Shown here: positions 39,376 to 51,889 of the stretch, one piece after another
How the letters are laid out: each line of letters starts with the position of its first letter
Position numbering within the stretch: position 1 is the stretch's first letter
Assembly (NCBI GenBank): GCA_053919585.1
Contig: CM132786.1
Length of the DNA: 64,000 bases
Origin: Euprymna scolopes
Taxonomy: Eukaryota
Direction: 5' to 3' (one strand)
Translations under genes and position numbers: made by a program
The notes under the pieces: generated by a model
What the model saw: the letters and a program-made list of their open reading frames with translations, nothing else
What the model was told of the DNA's origin: nothing
Database searches by the model: none

Positions 39376-42263
39376 AAATTCATCTGTTGGCGCCATTTTT
39401 TAGATTTTTAGGCTCCGGGGGCCCAAAAACGCCCATTTACCCATCTTTATAAAAGAAGGGATAAGAAATAGCAGTTGAAACTTAGGTATTTTCACTTCTT
39501 TTGACTTGGTCAATGAATTAGGATAGGAATGACACAATGTATAGCTAAATTGAGTTTTATTTTAGCATATAAAAGTCATTTTTTAGTACAAAATCGGGAT
39601 TTTAGCACAATTTTCACGGTGATTTACACCCTAGATGTCATTCATTTTGCAGAAAGAAATACCCTTAATCGTCCAGTGTTCCAAATCTGGTAAATTTTAC
39701 ATAAGAATGTTTCTTACAAAGCTTCATACAAAAATTGTAAGTGTTATTTAACTAGTTTCCCAAGGGGCTTGGGGACTAGTACTAGTAGAATCGAATGATT
39801 GATAACATTGCAGTGTTATCTGAGAAAGGAGTTGTTTTGTTTATTTGGTCAGTTCAAAATGAGACTCTGAAATGTAGAGTCTCCTTGCTATGTTATTTTT
39901 ATCATAATCATAGCACACAGTTGAAATCTCCTTCTCCTTGGGTCCATTCATATTTTTATTTGGGTCCATTTTGAATACCCTGACACAGTTATATTTCTCT
40001 TTCAGGATTGTATTGAAGAGTCAGCCGGTAGAATGAGTAGTGTTGCAGAGCAGTCCACCACTTTCTCTTTTGGTGATGTTCTTCCTTCAGAATATGAAGT
40101 CATTGCTAAAATTCTTGAAGTCGCACCATCTGGACAACCAACTGAAGAGAAAGAGACTAGACTCAGAAAACAAGCTGTGTCAGATTGCGCCAAGGGATTA
40201 ATGATAACCTGGTCGAAGGCGTTCTCCGCATATAATGTTCTGTCTGCGAAATCGGTGAAGAAGAAGATTCGCAAATCTTTGCAGTCATACTACAATGCTG
40301 TTACAACCAGCAAGAAGAAGAAAAGACGTGCAGAGATGGAGTTTAAGAAGGAACATTCCGAACTCTTCAACATCAAAGGCATGGCGGTAGATCCTGAGAA
40401 GTTTGCTCCAGCGGAAAAGACATTCTACTATGATCAGTTGAAAATGAATCGAAATTGGGGAATCGACTTGACACAAGTAGACGAGGAGTTTGAAAAAGAG
40501 ATGGAGGACATGCGACAAAAAGAAGCAGCTGAAGTAGAAATGATGGAGGATGAGCTTTCATACATCATGGATGAGGTGGTTGACACACTCAACAGTACTA
40601 CAGTAGGTAGTGAAAAGAACAGTCAAGAAGGAGTTAGCATGACTCGTTCAGGTCTGGTTCGAGTTCTTGTAGATTGCGCTGACGCTGCGTCACAAACAGA
40701 CCAGTCTTTCATACCCCAGCCAGAGATTCGTAAGATTCGAAACTGCACTGAAGCCATCAAAAAAGTTTGTGTGGAAGTCAGTGTGAAGTGTGGAATCTCA
40801 GTGAAAAAAGCTATTCTAGCTGTTCAAATAGTCTGCAAAATTCTGTATGGACATGATTTTTATTTGAACAAGGAAGAGGCAGACAAAGCTAATCCTTCTC
40901 CTTGCACGTCTTCAACTCCCCCAGAAGTGAGTGATGAAATAATTGAAGATGATGAAGCACCATGTAAAAGAAGGCCAAGTTAAATCGAAAACCCATGCCC
41001 CATTCCAAATCAGATTGGGAAGGTTATAAGAATGTTTTGCCAGCACCAAGAACAATAACTGATTACAAACAAATAATGGCAATTCAAGCCGAATCTGCTG
41101 CTGCCAACTTTCTTTATAACAACTCCGACAATTTGAAGTGCCACTTACATTATGACACAACATCACGATGTAAAATTGATGGTGAATGGCCAGCCATTAT
41201 ATTCAATTTCTCTGGAAAAAAGAGGTTCTCGCTCCGTCCCCTGTTCTTTACCTACGAGGATAGAAAGCAAATAGTGAAGCTGCTTGTCGAAACGTTCCGT
41301 CGTCTAGCAGTTTTGATGATACTATCGATGCAGATCAAATTGTCGAATGCGAAATCAACGGAGACTGGGATGTTCTTTTGGACCGAAACATGCAATTTAC
41401 ACTGCACAACCACAAAGAGATTGCAGCCAAGTTTGATGGATTATTGTAGTGCTTGTAGTGTATATCTGAGTCACTTTTGTTAAGTCTGTTAAGCACTTGG
41501 AAATCATAAAAGGACGGGATTATGTCGATTTCGGCCTATTTTCAGCAATTTTAGGTCCAATTTGGCCAAATTCACCCCTAAAATTGCCCTTAAAGACCCC
41601 AAGACCTGTCAATAATCATGGTTCTCTGCCTTATATGTGTGTCTGAAGTCATTCATATCCATTGGGAATGAACAAGGATCGATTAAGTGACCGAGAACAG
41701 GATTTTGGCAATTTCGTCCTATTTTTGGCAATTTTGGGTCAAAATTTGGTCTATTTCTCTTCAAAAAAGGCCCAAAAAGATCTGAGACCTGTATATAATC
41801 GTACTCCAATGTCTATTTTAGGTATCTACAGCAATATATACCTTTATAAAGGTAGACGAGGATAATTTGTGACCCAAGATGGTTTTTGTGATTTTTGCCT
41901 GTTTTTCGGCCAATTTATGGCCAATTTTGGCCATTTTTTGACCGAAATTGACCAAGAATACCACAAAACCTGTTTAAATACATGACCCTGTGTCATTTGA
42001 AACTATTTATATCCATTAATGGGCATTGGAGATACACAAGAAGCAAAATTATGCCTTGAAATCACTCATATTGACATTTCGGACACATATTTCTTGAAAA
42101 ACCAGCCCCAGATCTAAAAAATGCCGCCAACAGATGCAAAAATTTTTTTTTTTCAAATTTTTTTTCGATTTTGACCTAGATACACCTTATATTTTGATTT
42201 GAGGGGGTCCCCACCAGATTTTGAAGATGTGACCTTTTTTTGACCCAGTACTCCCTACCTCTA
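39239..42263 (+). mobile_element. hAT-like DNA transposon with 7-bp TSD, internally deleted
   Basis: Perfect 22-bp TIR TAGAGGTAGGGAGTACTGGGTC, extended imperfectly to ~175 bp. AATATAG at 39232-39238 and 42264-42270. Inserted in a (TTA)-rich tract. Confidence 0.88.
40033..41449 (+). pseudogene. Disrupted transposase (frameshift near 40968, internal deletion near 41312)
   Basis: The 316-aa and 162-aa ORFs join by a single frameshift. LHYDTTSR is a plausible first catalytic Asp strand. A third-frame tail DDTIDADQ...KFDGLL* ends at 41449. Lies between the TIRs. Confidence 0.75.
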
Positions 42264-44227
42264 AATATAGTTCTATTAGTATCATTATGAGTATTGCTAT
42301 CAGTATTATTTGTATTATCTCTTTCTCAGTATTATTATTATTAACACCATTATTACTCTTTATTCTTACTATTATCAATGCTATTAATATAAGTATTATT
42401 AGTAATAGTATGCCGGGACACAGGAAGGCTAGTTAGTAATTTAAAAAAATGATTACAATCTGATTCAAAACATACAATGAAACAAATTTACTCTTCTGTC
42501 TTTCTCCCTTTCTATCAAGGGTATCAAGCACGACTAGATTCAACATAAGTCAAGAGTAATATTATAACACATACAAACTGTATCGAGTACATCTGGATTC
42601 AGCATCTACAATGTCCCAATTAGCCTAATGCTCTATTGCACACACTTGTTACATCTAAGGAAATGAGCACTATTTTATGTAGTGTATACAATTTACTACT
42701 ATATTATTAATTTATTGCTCCAGAATTAAAAAAAAAAGTGTGCTTAACATATTTCTGTTAAAACATCTCATTATCCTAGAACTCATTTGTTTTAAAACCA
42801 GGTTGTTTTAAAACCAGGTTTGCTTTTTAGCAAAATATAAAAAAAATTTCATAAGTGAGTAGTGAAAAAAAAATGTCAGGAGGCCTCTAGTGTGCTAGTA
42901 AAAGCAATTTATTAAGTACCTCCTGCAGAAGGGAAATTATTTTAAGTGAGCAGTAAAAAAAAAAAATAAATAAATAAATTATATATAACTACTGAAGACA
43001 CAGAGTGGTCTCAAGTGGATAGTTATTTGAATTTTTTGCAACTTTCCCAAATGACTTGGAGACTTGGATATTTGAAAAGTTCAATTTCTGTAGTATCAAA
43101 AGCCGTTTCTTTTTTTGTCTCCTAATTCTTAATACTTCTCCAGATATGGCCATCTTAAGTTTGCGAATCCCAGATTTTTGTAACTCAACAAATCTGATGA
43201 TTTAACCGACTGGGAAAATCAGGTGCACCTCTTTATTTTGCCAAAAATTGTCCCAAAAGCCGCTAAACCTCCATGTAAACATCAAATAAATCTACAGATA
43301 CATAAAATTAAATGTATAAAATTTAAATCATTTGAACAATTTTCTAACAATCGTACAGATTTTTTTTTTTTTTATAAACAAATATCTTTAAATTAGCATT
43401 TTTTTGGCTAAAATAGGACTAAACTTTGGAGCCAGCAAATATATTTAAATAAAGGATTGCAAAAAAAACCTAGATATTAATTTATTCAAGCGTCACAATT
43501 GTGAATTTGAATCAGATGGTAAGCTGTCTAAAACTGTTTGGATGGACAAAAAAATAATCACTCAAGAACTATTTTAATTTAATTACAATGCAAAAATTTT
43601 GACTGAGCCATTTTTTTTCCATTCTGACTGCAAATTGCAATTGTCAAATCCAAAATTAAATTATCTAATTCGAGCAATTCTCCTCCAAATTTTATGATCC
43701 AGACTTCTATCTCTATGGGTTTTTTTTTGGGGGGGGGGGGGATATAATTTTAGTAGCTAGAAGCTCATAATTTGCACCATCTTTCTTCAAACATTGTTAG
43801 AATTTTTTTGTTTGCCTATTTTAGCTAAAATTTAACCATAAATAAGAAAATATCCTCAGTATTCCCAATTTTATTAATAACTTCAATCAATTTAGACACA
43901 TTTTAATTCAGGATAATTCACTTATTCTTCTTTTCCCAACCCTATATCTAATATGATGCTAAACAGCTTAGTTACTAATCACTTCTGGAGATGATGCAAT
44001 GCAGCTTAGTAAACATTTACAAAATATTATAGAAAAAGATTTTTATGGGTACATAATTTTATAATACTTTTAAAGAACACCGAACGTAGTGCCATAATTA
44101 ATTACAGAGGTTTTTTTTTTGTAATTTAAACAAACCATTAAAAAGAAACTTTCAAAAAGACCAAAATACACTTATATTTCTCCTTAGCCTACATTGAATA
44201 AAGAGGATAAATAAATGGTGGGGCAAG

Positions 44228-44261
<34 letters not shown>

Positions 44262-44357
44262 GTTTAATGGTCTGGCAAAGCCAGAAGGGAGACAACCAAG
44301 GAAAAAAAAAAAAAAAAAACTAAGCAAAATTCATCCAAAAGCAGCGATTAAAACTAA

Positions 44358-44394
<37 letters not shown>

Positions 44395-44742
44395 TACAAA
44401 TGTAGGCAAATTTGGGCATATTTGATTGGTTTGAAAATATAGGTTCTTTTTTACCAATTGTCATAAAATTTTAAATACAGAATAGTTTTATAATCTTCAA
44501 AAAGCCTGCAAATTTTCATGTAGTTTCATCCTATAGAACCAAAGATATGAACATCTTAATATTCAATTTGGCTATGAGTTTAGATATATCCATATAAAAT
44601 AGACCACCTTTTTTGGCAATTTTATAAGTTTAAAATCTGTGACTACTGATCAGAATTTAACAAATGAAGGTTCATTGAAAATCTAATGACCTGAATTGTA
44701 TAGTGGGCTATATCACATTGCTCTTAAGGTCGCACATTATTG

Positions 44743-44877
44743 TTTCAAAAAGTGGGGGATCACTTTTCTATATTAATTTAATGTAAAATGAGCACCCACT
44801 TTATGGCTACCTTGTCTATAAAGTAGGTTTATTTTACGTTAAATTAATATAGAAAAGTGATCTCCCACTTTTGAAAA
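44743..44877. repeat. Inverted repeat, ~55-bp arms
   Basis: AAAAGTGGGGGATCACTTTTCTATATTAATTTAA pairs with TTAAATTAATATAGAAAAGTGATCTCCCACTTTT. Confidence 0.85.
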
Positions 44878-45063
44878 ACTATAATTTATCCATATCATTG
44901 AAATTAGTAATTTCCTGGGATTTTAACTTGTTTTCATTTTCAGCACCCTCGAAAACCTATTATAGTGCTAATTTTAAAGGACTTTTTGTGAGTGGAAAGA
45001 TACTGCACCTTTACCAATATTTCAACCAGTCATTTGCTTAGTTTTGCATATGAATTACAAAAT

Positions 45064-45368
45064 ATCTAGCCTTGATAGAGGGGAGACAAACTAGCTGCTA
45101 TGGTTTAAAATGATTTGAAATAACAACAAGGGGAGACTTGATTCCAAATATTTCTTGTATGTTATATCTCTCCTCTTTGGTTTTCATACATAAAGTAAAT
45201 TTCACCGAATGTAAAGTATTTGATACTGGAGATATTTATGATCGTATCCTATTTCCAAAAGAATGGGGATATAACATATGAGAAATATTTAGAATCACGT
45301 CTCCTCTTGCTGTTATTTCAGATCATTTGAAACAGCAAGTTTTAGTCTCTCCTCCATCAAGGTCAGAG
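45064..45368. mobile_element. Fold-back MITE, ~120-bp arms
   Basis: CCTTGATAGAGGGGAGAC pairs with GTCTCTCCTCCATCAAGG, and the pairing continues inward. Confidence 0.75.
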
Positions 45369-45507
45369 GTTTTAGAGGAATATATATATAAGCTTATATG
45401 TTTATATGTAATTAAACTACTTGGGATAGTAATGACATGAATAAATAATAATGTTCTCTTTTAGATAGCTCAATAGTGCGATACTGGAGCTATAAGTATT
45501 TTCTTAA

Positions 45508-46421
45508 AGATACCACATTAAAAGTAATAGATACACAAGTATTTACTCATTTTCAAAATGTTGGTCTTTTATTGGTAACAACTTGCTACAATTGTTTCAG
45601 TCTCCAATGTTGGCATACAAGTATATAACAGTTCATCAATTATAATTTTGCACAAATGAGCTTCACCAGCACATAGGACAAAGAAAAATATTTTTCAAAA
45701 GTTTCAAGCCCACGAATAGGATCGTTCTTATTAACACAACAAGTGTATATATCTTTTTATCCACAACATATAAAGTGTCAAAAAGGCTTTATCTATATTT
45801 TAAATTAAACACACTTTCCTTGCAATGAAATAATCCCTTGAATTCTGTAGTAGTAGATAATTGGGCATTTCTTTTCTATTTATTGTACATATTTCATTTT
45901 TTCAGACTTCTGGTAATCACAGGCTTAAATTGTTGGGTTTGTAGCAGGTTATAATAATTCAATTTATTTTCTATTGATGAATTTTTCAAATTATTATTTA
46001 ATTTTTTTTTCAATACATGTTATTTCCAATAAATTGCAAATAATAGCATGCTTGTTGAAAAATTGAATGAAGAAAATAAATGCCAACTACCTACTACAAC
46101 GGAATTTGAGGGATTATTGCATTACAAGGCAAGTGTGTTTAATTTCCAATGCAGATAAAGCCAGTTTGAAACTTTATGTTGTGGATGAAAAAAAAGAAAG
46201 TTTTAAATGAATACCCACTGATCCTATACATGGGCTGTGAAACTTGAAAAAGATTTTTTTCCTCTATGCTGACAAAGCCAAGTTGTGCAAAATTGTAATT
46301 GAACGGTTATATACTTGTATGCCAACAATGCTGAAACAATTGTAGCAAGTTGTTACCAATAAAGGAACAACATTTCAAAAATAAGTAAATACTTGTGTAT
46401 ATTACTTTTAATGTGGTATCT
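45508..46421. mobile_element. Kolobok-like fold-back element, ~370-bp arms
   Basis: TTAA|AGATACCAC ... GTGGTATCT|TTAA; TTAA TSD with AG..CT termini. Confidence 0.75.
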
Positions 46422-46452
46422 TTAAGAAATATATTATGGCATACGTAATAAA

Positions 46453-46621
46453 TAGGGCTATGACAACAGAATATTCTTATTGTTTTGACTCTCGAGTATA
46501 TATCTGACACAGTTAAATCAACCGTGAAGCACACCACTCTATATAAAAGCATATAAGATATCAACAGATACACACTTGAGAGTAAAAACAATGAAAAGAA
46601 TATGCTGTTGTCCTAGCCCTA
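46453..46621. mobile_element. hAT-type MITE
   Basis: TAGGGCTA..TAGCCCTA termini, ~55-bp arms, perfect 8-bp TSD GTAATAAA. Confidence 0.9.
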
Positions 46622-46649
46622 GTAATAAATCAGTTCTAAGAGACTAAGA

Positions 46650-47055
46650 ATTATTTATTTATTTTTTTACATAGGCATCACCACTTATCAAGGCCCAAAG
46701 ACCACTCGAGGATAAGGGTTAAGAGTGTACAGTAGTCAATTGAACAATATAGTAATTGTTAGTAATGGAAAGTTGGTAAATTTGTTAACAAGTGGAACGG
46801 CTTATCAAAAACTTGTTTACATTGGACTTGAAAACAATCAGATTGTAGTCAGCTGGAAAGCAGGAAAACGGAAGTCAGTTCCACAGGCATGCAGTTCTAA
46901 GAAAGAAGCTTTTTTTCATGGAATCTACGTTTAGGTACAGATAAAGAGTGCAGGGAATTATTGATAGTGTTTTCAGCTAGACGAGGATTTCTTGTGAAAG
47001 TTTGACAAGGGGGGGACCATAGATTGAAGCTCAGTCGAGCACTTGCCATGAATTA
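46650..47055 (-). mobile_element. Older copy of the CR1/L2-group LINE 3' end
   Basis: Aligns with 275-668 in reverse (CACTTATCAAGGCCC, CATTGGACTTGAA, GTTCCACAGGC). Confidence 0.85.
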
Positions 47056-47127
47056 CTTAAGACTTCTACTCCATTAGGGTTGACAAAATGGGAGCAAGCT
47101 ACCCTTGTGAATTGAATAAAGGGTTTC

Positions 47128-47330
47128 ATTCAAAATTCTGTACAGCTTCAAGAACTCAACAAAATACACTTTAAGAAAGTTGGAGGTTACATCAACTGAT
47201 GTAACTCCAAGATAAACAAGTAGATTAAAATAAAAGTTCCATTTAAAATTCCTTACAAGTTCTAGATTTCACATTACAGAGGTTGAGAAGACACCTGAAG
47301 ATCAGACGTAATATAAAAATGGGAGAATAA
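47128..47330 (+). mobile_element. Decayed Penelope-like fragment
   Basis: GGAGGTTACATCAAC and ACACCTGAAGA are shared with 2766-3162. Confidence 0.5.
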
Positions 47331-48677
47331 TATAAAAAAATGAGTAGTGTTCTAAACAATCTAAATAATACAGATCACCGATATAATATCTATCTTTTTC
47401 ACAAGACATAAAATCAAACAGATTCAATTACAGTTAAGAAATGTTATTGAAAACAAAAGTTATTGAGAAAGGGATGGATGCTTCACAGCATATTTTCAAT
47501 AAATGTTAAAATACTTTTATATTTTATCTTTAAAAAAAAAAAAAAAAGTGTTTATGTATTTATGTATGTATTTATTGTTTGCTTTCAAATGTGTTTAAAA
47601 TAGATTTAAATTTTCTTTCAGATAAAATCAAGTCAAGACTACTTAACCCTTTACTGTCAAATTGTACTTTAAAGTCACCTTTCAAAAAAGAAATATTTCT
47701 TACTCTTATGACTTGTCAGCCCAACTGGTCTTCCAAGTACAGGTCTATGCATGGTTCAACAAGTGAATGAGGAGTTTGTTTATGTTTGTGCGTCAGTTGC
47801 ATGCTAACTTCCATCACCTGTAGGTTTCAGGATTAAAAAATTTATTTATTGCATTAAAAAATTCTGTCTGTAAAGGTGAAAAAAAAAAAAAAAAAAATCC
47901 TTATTTCATGATTTTGAATACATTGTTGGATACAAAAATTAAGCATTATGCTAATGTGGATTTTGTGCAGAAGACGCAAGGTTTTTGATGAATTTGTTAA
48001 ATTGTAATTAAAATCAAGTTTGTTATGCAAAAGGAGTTAGTTTGTTGAAATATTTTTAGTAAACATGAAAAATTTATCCCAAATATTATATTTGATGAGA
48101 AAACGAGGAAAAATATTAAGCATAGTAATTGTTAGTGAATATTTACCAACCAAACTGACCAGTTTTAAACAGTTATTTAGATTGAGGAACAGCAGTTGAA
48201 AACATGCTCAGTCAGACAACACTACAAAATGCAACAAAGTTATGACAGTCATCGTCAAAAACGTCTTTGATGATTTGGGCATGCAGATTGAGAAAGTTAA
48301 TTCATGATGCAAGCTTCTTCTCTGCAAATGAAGGATGATATTCTATAGGATCATGTATCCAAAAATCATATACACAGTCTTTGGAAAAAAAAATTAAATA
48401 AAATGGATTGGAAACGTCTTTAAAACGAGAACTATTTTCATATTTTATAGCAAAATTTAAAACTTCATGATTTTTGTAAATTATCCTTTACATGATTTGG
48501 TTTGTTGAAAACTTGAGCTTTACTGGATTTGTAATCAAATTCAAATTTTCAGTCTTAAACTTGAGGTTTTTTTTGTTTTTTTTTTTTTTTTACACACAGA
48601 ATTTACAAAGAATAATTATCAAAAATATGACGAGAGTGAACATATTTTTAATAGTATATACAACAAATGTAGATATA

Positions 48678-48840
48678 CATTACCCCTCACCAAAGATTGA
48701 GGTAATGCCAGGGAATATAGTCTTATGACAACGGAACAGACTGATGAGAGAATAGCAACACTACAAAACAACTGCCCCTCCCTGAAAAGGAGGTAATGCC
48801 TGGTAAGATGATCTCATGACAACAGGACAGATACTACACT
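48678..48840 (-). repeat. Duplicated ~70-bp unit ending in antisense U2 branch-point-recognition sequence
   Basis: ACAGATACTACACT at 48827-48840 is the reverse complement of U2 AGTGTAGTATCTGT; units start near 48678 and 48770. Confidence 0.55.
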
Positions 48841-48931
48841 CCCCATTCTCTTTGAATTGAGCATTGAAAGATAGTAACAGTATGATTCTGACTTCAGACA
48901 CATCAAATCTCCACGAGTAATAGATAATATA

Positions 48932-50231
48932 CGAGGTGCCTTTAATAAGTTTCCTAACTTTTTTGTACATGTATTTAAAGTTGTTGTAGACTCTTGAAAA
49001 AAATCAATATGTTATTGATACACATTTTATGATCAATTTTTATGATTTCAGGTTCAAATGAACAGTTACAACAGGAATTGGAATACACCCTACAAAAGCC
49101 CGATTTTCACAACTGTTGAATTTCAAAAATGCAATCTGAACATAAAAACACTTTAGAAGAATGATATGCAATAAAAATTGTTTTGAACTTGGAAAAAAAT
49201 GCCACAGAAACATGAAATGCTTCATACTGCTTTTGGATCATCTTGCATGAATCAAGCATCAGTTTTTGAGTAGTATAATAGATTCAAGGACGACAGGGAG
49301 TCTATAAGGGGTGATGAGAGGTGTGGAAGGAGTAAAGAAATCAGAACACGAGTTGATTGGCCAGATAAAGAATTTCATGGATAAGGACTATAGTGTGTCT
49401 ATAGAGACAATAAGTACACAGTTTGATGTTAGTGTGGGAACTGTACACACAATTATTTATGAGGAACTGAAGATGCAGAAAATTTGTGCGAAGTTTGTCC
49501 CAAGGGTGTTCAGAGAAGATCAGAAAGAAAAACGTCATAACAAGGAGATGGTTGAACTAATCAATTCAGATCCTGCAGTTCTTGATGCTCTAGTAACCTA
49601 TAATGAAAACTGGATCTACTGCTATGACCCAAAGACCAAGAGAGAGTTCCCAGTAGAAGCATGCTGGCTCTCCCAGACCCATGAAGGCCAGACAGAACAA
49701 ATCCACTTAGAAACTTATGATGATCCCTTTTTGACAGCATCGGCATGATTTACATGCACTGGGTTCTAACTGGACAGTCAAAATGGAATACTATATTGAG
49801 GTTTTAAGTTCAGAAAGAGATTCTGCCGGAAGAAGCCAACACTCTTCAAATCGGATCAGTGGCATTTCCACTAGGACAATGCACCAGTCCACAACTTGTT
49901 ACAGACTATTTGACTAAGATGGGCATCAAGACAGTTCCTCACTTTCTCTTTAGTACAAACCTTGCTCCCTGTGACTTAGTTATTCCCTAAGCTGAAGGAA
50001 AACCTTAGAGGCTGTCGTTATGAGACAATCGAGAAGATGAAAAGGGCTGTGACAAGGGTCATTGATACGCTCACGCAAGAGGAATTCTATAGGGCCTTCC
50101 GGAAGTTATTAGAACAGTACAAGTGCTATGCAGCCGAAGGAGATTACTTTGAAGGGGACTACAGTTTCATGTTTGTACTATCAATAAGTGTCCATACGAA
50201 AAAAATGTGGAAACTTATTTAAGCTATTTCG
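48932..50231 (+). mobile_element. Near full-length degenerate mariner
   Basis: TA-CGAGGTGCC TIR and GGAAACTTATTTAAGCTATTTCG-TA. Motifs ICAKFVPRV, VTYNENWIYCYDP and GDYFEGD, with multiple stops and frameshifts. Confidence 0.95.
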
Positions 50232-50240
50232 TAAATTACA

Positions 50241-50450
50241 TTTTGGCATTTAGACCAGGAGCCAAGTGTAGTATCTGTTCTGATGCTATACTTAATCTTT
50301 TCTGTCCTCAATCAGTGAAGGAGAAATTTTTAGGAAATTTTTACTTTCGTTCCAATCTAAAGTGGCCCTTAGGGAACTCGATTATCCCTACATTAAAAAC
50401 TGACCTAATGTCTAACTGTGTTCTCATGCGGAGACAAGTAAATAGAAATA
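50241..50450 (+). mobile_element. U2 snRNA-headed structured repeat, copy B (diverged)
   Basis: AAGTGTAGTATCTGTTCTGATGCTATACTT and a body colinear with copies C and D. Confidence 0.8.
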
Positions 50451-50570
50451 TTGCATTTTTTTTTTTTAAACAAATTTTCAAACATTGTATGGAGGAAATT
50501 GGTATATTTTATTTGAGGTACGTACAAAATTAGCCATCTTCACCTCCCCCCAATTAATATTTACAATTTA

Positions 50571-50800
50571 CTAGCTGGACGCCCAGCATTGCGCGGTAGT
50601 ACAATATGCTTAAACAGGATATTTTAATTTATGCAGATTGTGTATGTATTTTTATAGAATCAATCCTTTATTGAATATATTACGAGGAGTAATTTGCCCA
50701 ATAGACTAATTCACAAAAAAAAATTAAAAATTAATGATAATATTGTTCATCAAATTCTGTTTGTGATAGTTTACAATATCACGTCAGCTGATATTTGCTG
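50571..50800 (-). mobile_element. Second-family Helitron 3' part
   Basis: CTAG and hairpin; matches 14431-14540 plus 14990-15110. Confidence 0.75.
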
Positions 50801-51658
50801 AAGAATTTGTGTAATAATGTTCTTTCAAAATAATCGATAAGGTGAGAAATAGAAAATGTTGTCAGAGTTAGCATCAGCTTTTTTTTTTGTTAATTTGTAA
50901 ATAGATTAAAGTCAAATTTCTTTCAGCTAACTTTCCACCTCTGATAAATATACTAATTTGAAATAGTAGATTAGTAGAATGAAAAAAAAAAAAAAGTGTG
51001 GGGGGGGGGGTAACTAACAGCTTCAACCATACACACGCTACAAAAAAATGATATTTAATCAAAGATGAATCTATTCATGCAATCATTAGATGTTATTCAA
51101 ACTTATACATTATTGCTTTACAAGAATTTCTCAAATGAGGATGAAACTAAAACTATGAAAAAAAAATAATTTCAATAAATAGGTTAGTTTTTTGGAATGA
51201 AAGAATCCTTCAGAATGGCAGATGTTACTATCAAGAAGGAATACATGAATAAAAGAGAGAATATTGATGGAAACATTTTTAGAATGCTTTAAAAATTTCA
51301 GCAATCTAATGTGATAATCATTAAGTTTTAAATTATTGGAAAGTAATCCATGTTAAGTGGATTGCCCTAAGAAACTATCCTTGTGTGGATTAGACAAGTG
51401 TGGACAAAGATTTTAGCCAGGTGTTAGTTATAATTTAGATAAGCCATGGATAAAAGATAACACCATAAAAAACTGACCCCATTTTAAGAGACACTGGATA
51501 CCCCCTGAAAGTTGCCTCCTGCATAAGGAGAAGGGATTTAGTAAAAATAAGGGTAGCGCAATTACAAACCATGCTTTTCCTGACCCACAACATTTCTAAG
51601 CTTTGTGGCACAGAGAAATTCAAAGTGATCAGAAACAATGCTCATATAAACAGAAAAA

Positions 51659-51889
51659 TTTTCTTGGCCTTCGGGCCAAGATCACAGTGTAGTATCTGTT
51701 CTGATGTTACACTCCACCTTTTCTGCCCTCGCTTAGGGAAGGAGAAATCCTTTATAGGAAAGACAATTTTTATTTTTGTTCCTATCCAGAGTACCCCCCT
51801 TTTGGGGAGCTGGATTTTTCCCACATTAAAAACTGACTGTTTCTAACTCTGCCCTCGTGAGGAGGCAAGCAAATAGAAACAGATAAAGG
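51659..51889 (+). mobile_element. U2 snRNA-headed structured repeat, copy C
   Basis: TTCTTGGCCTTCGGGCCAAGATCACAGTGTAGTATCTGTTCT followed by a non-U2 body. Confidence 0.9.

Noticed and set aside
47643-48300. piggyBac-like MITE (TTAACCCTTT ... AAAGTTAA)
   Set aside because: The right TIR is too degenerate to confirm.
48741-48770. CTGATGA hammerhead core
   Set aside because: No helix II or GAAA follows.
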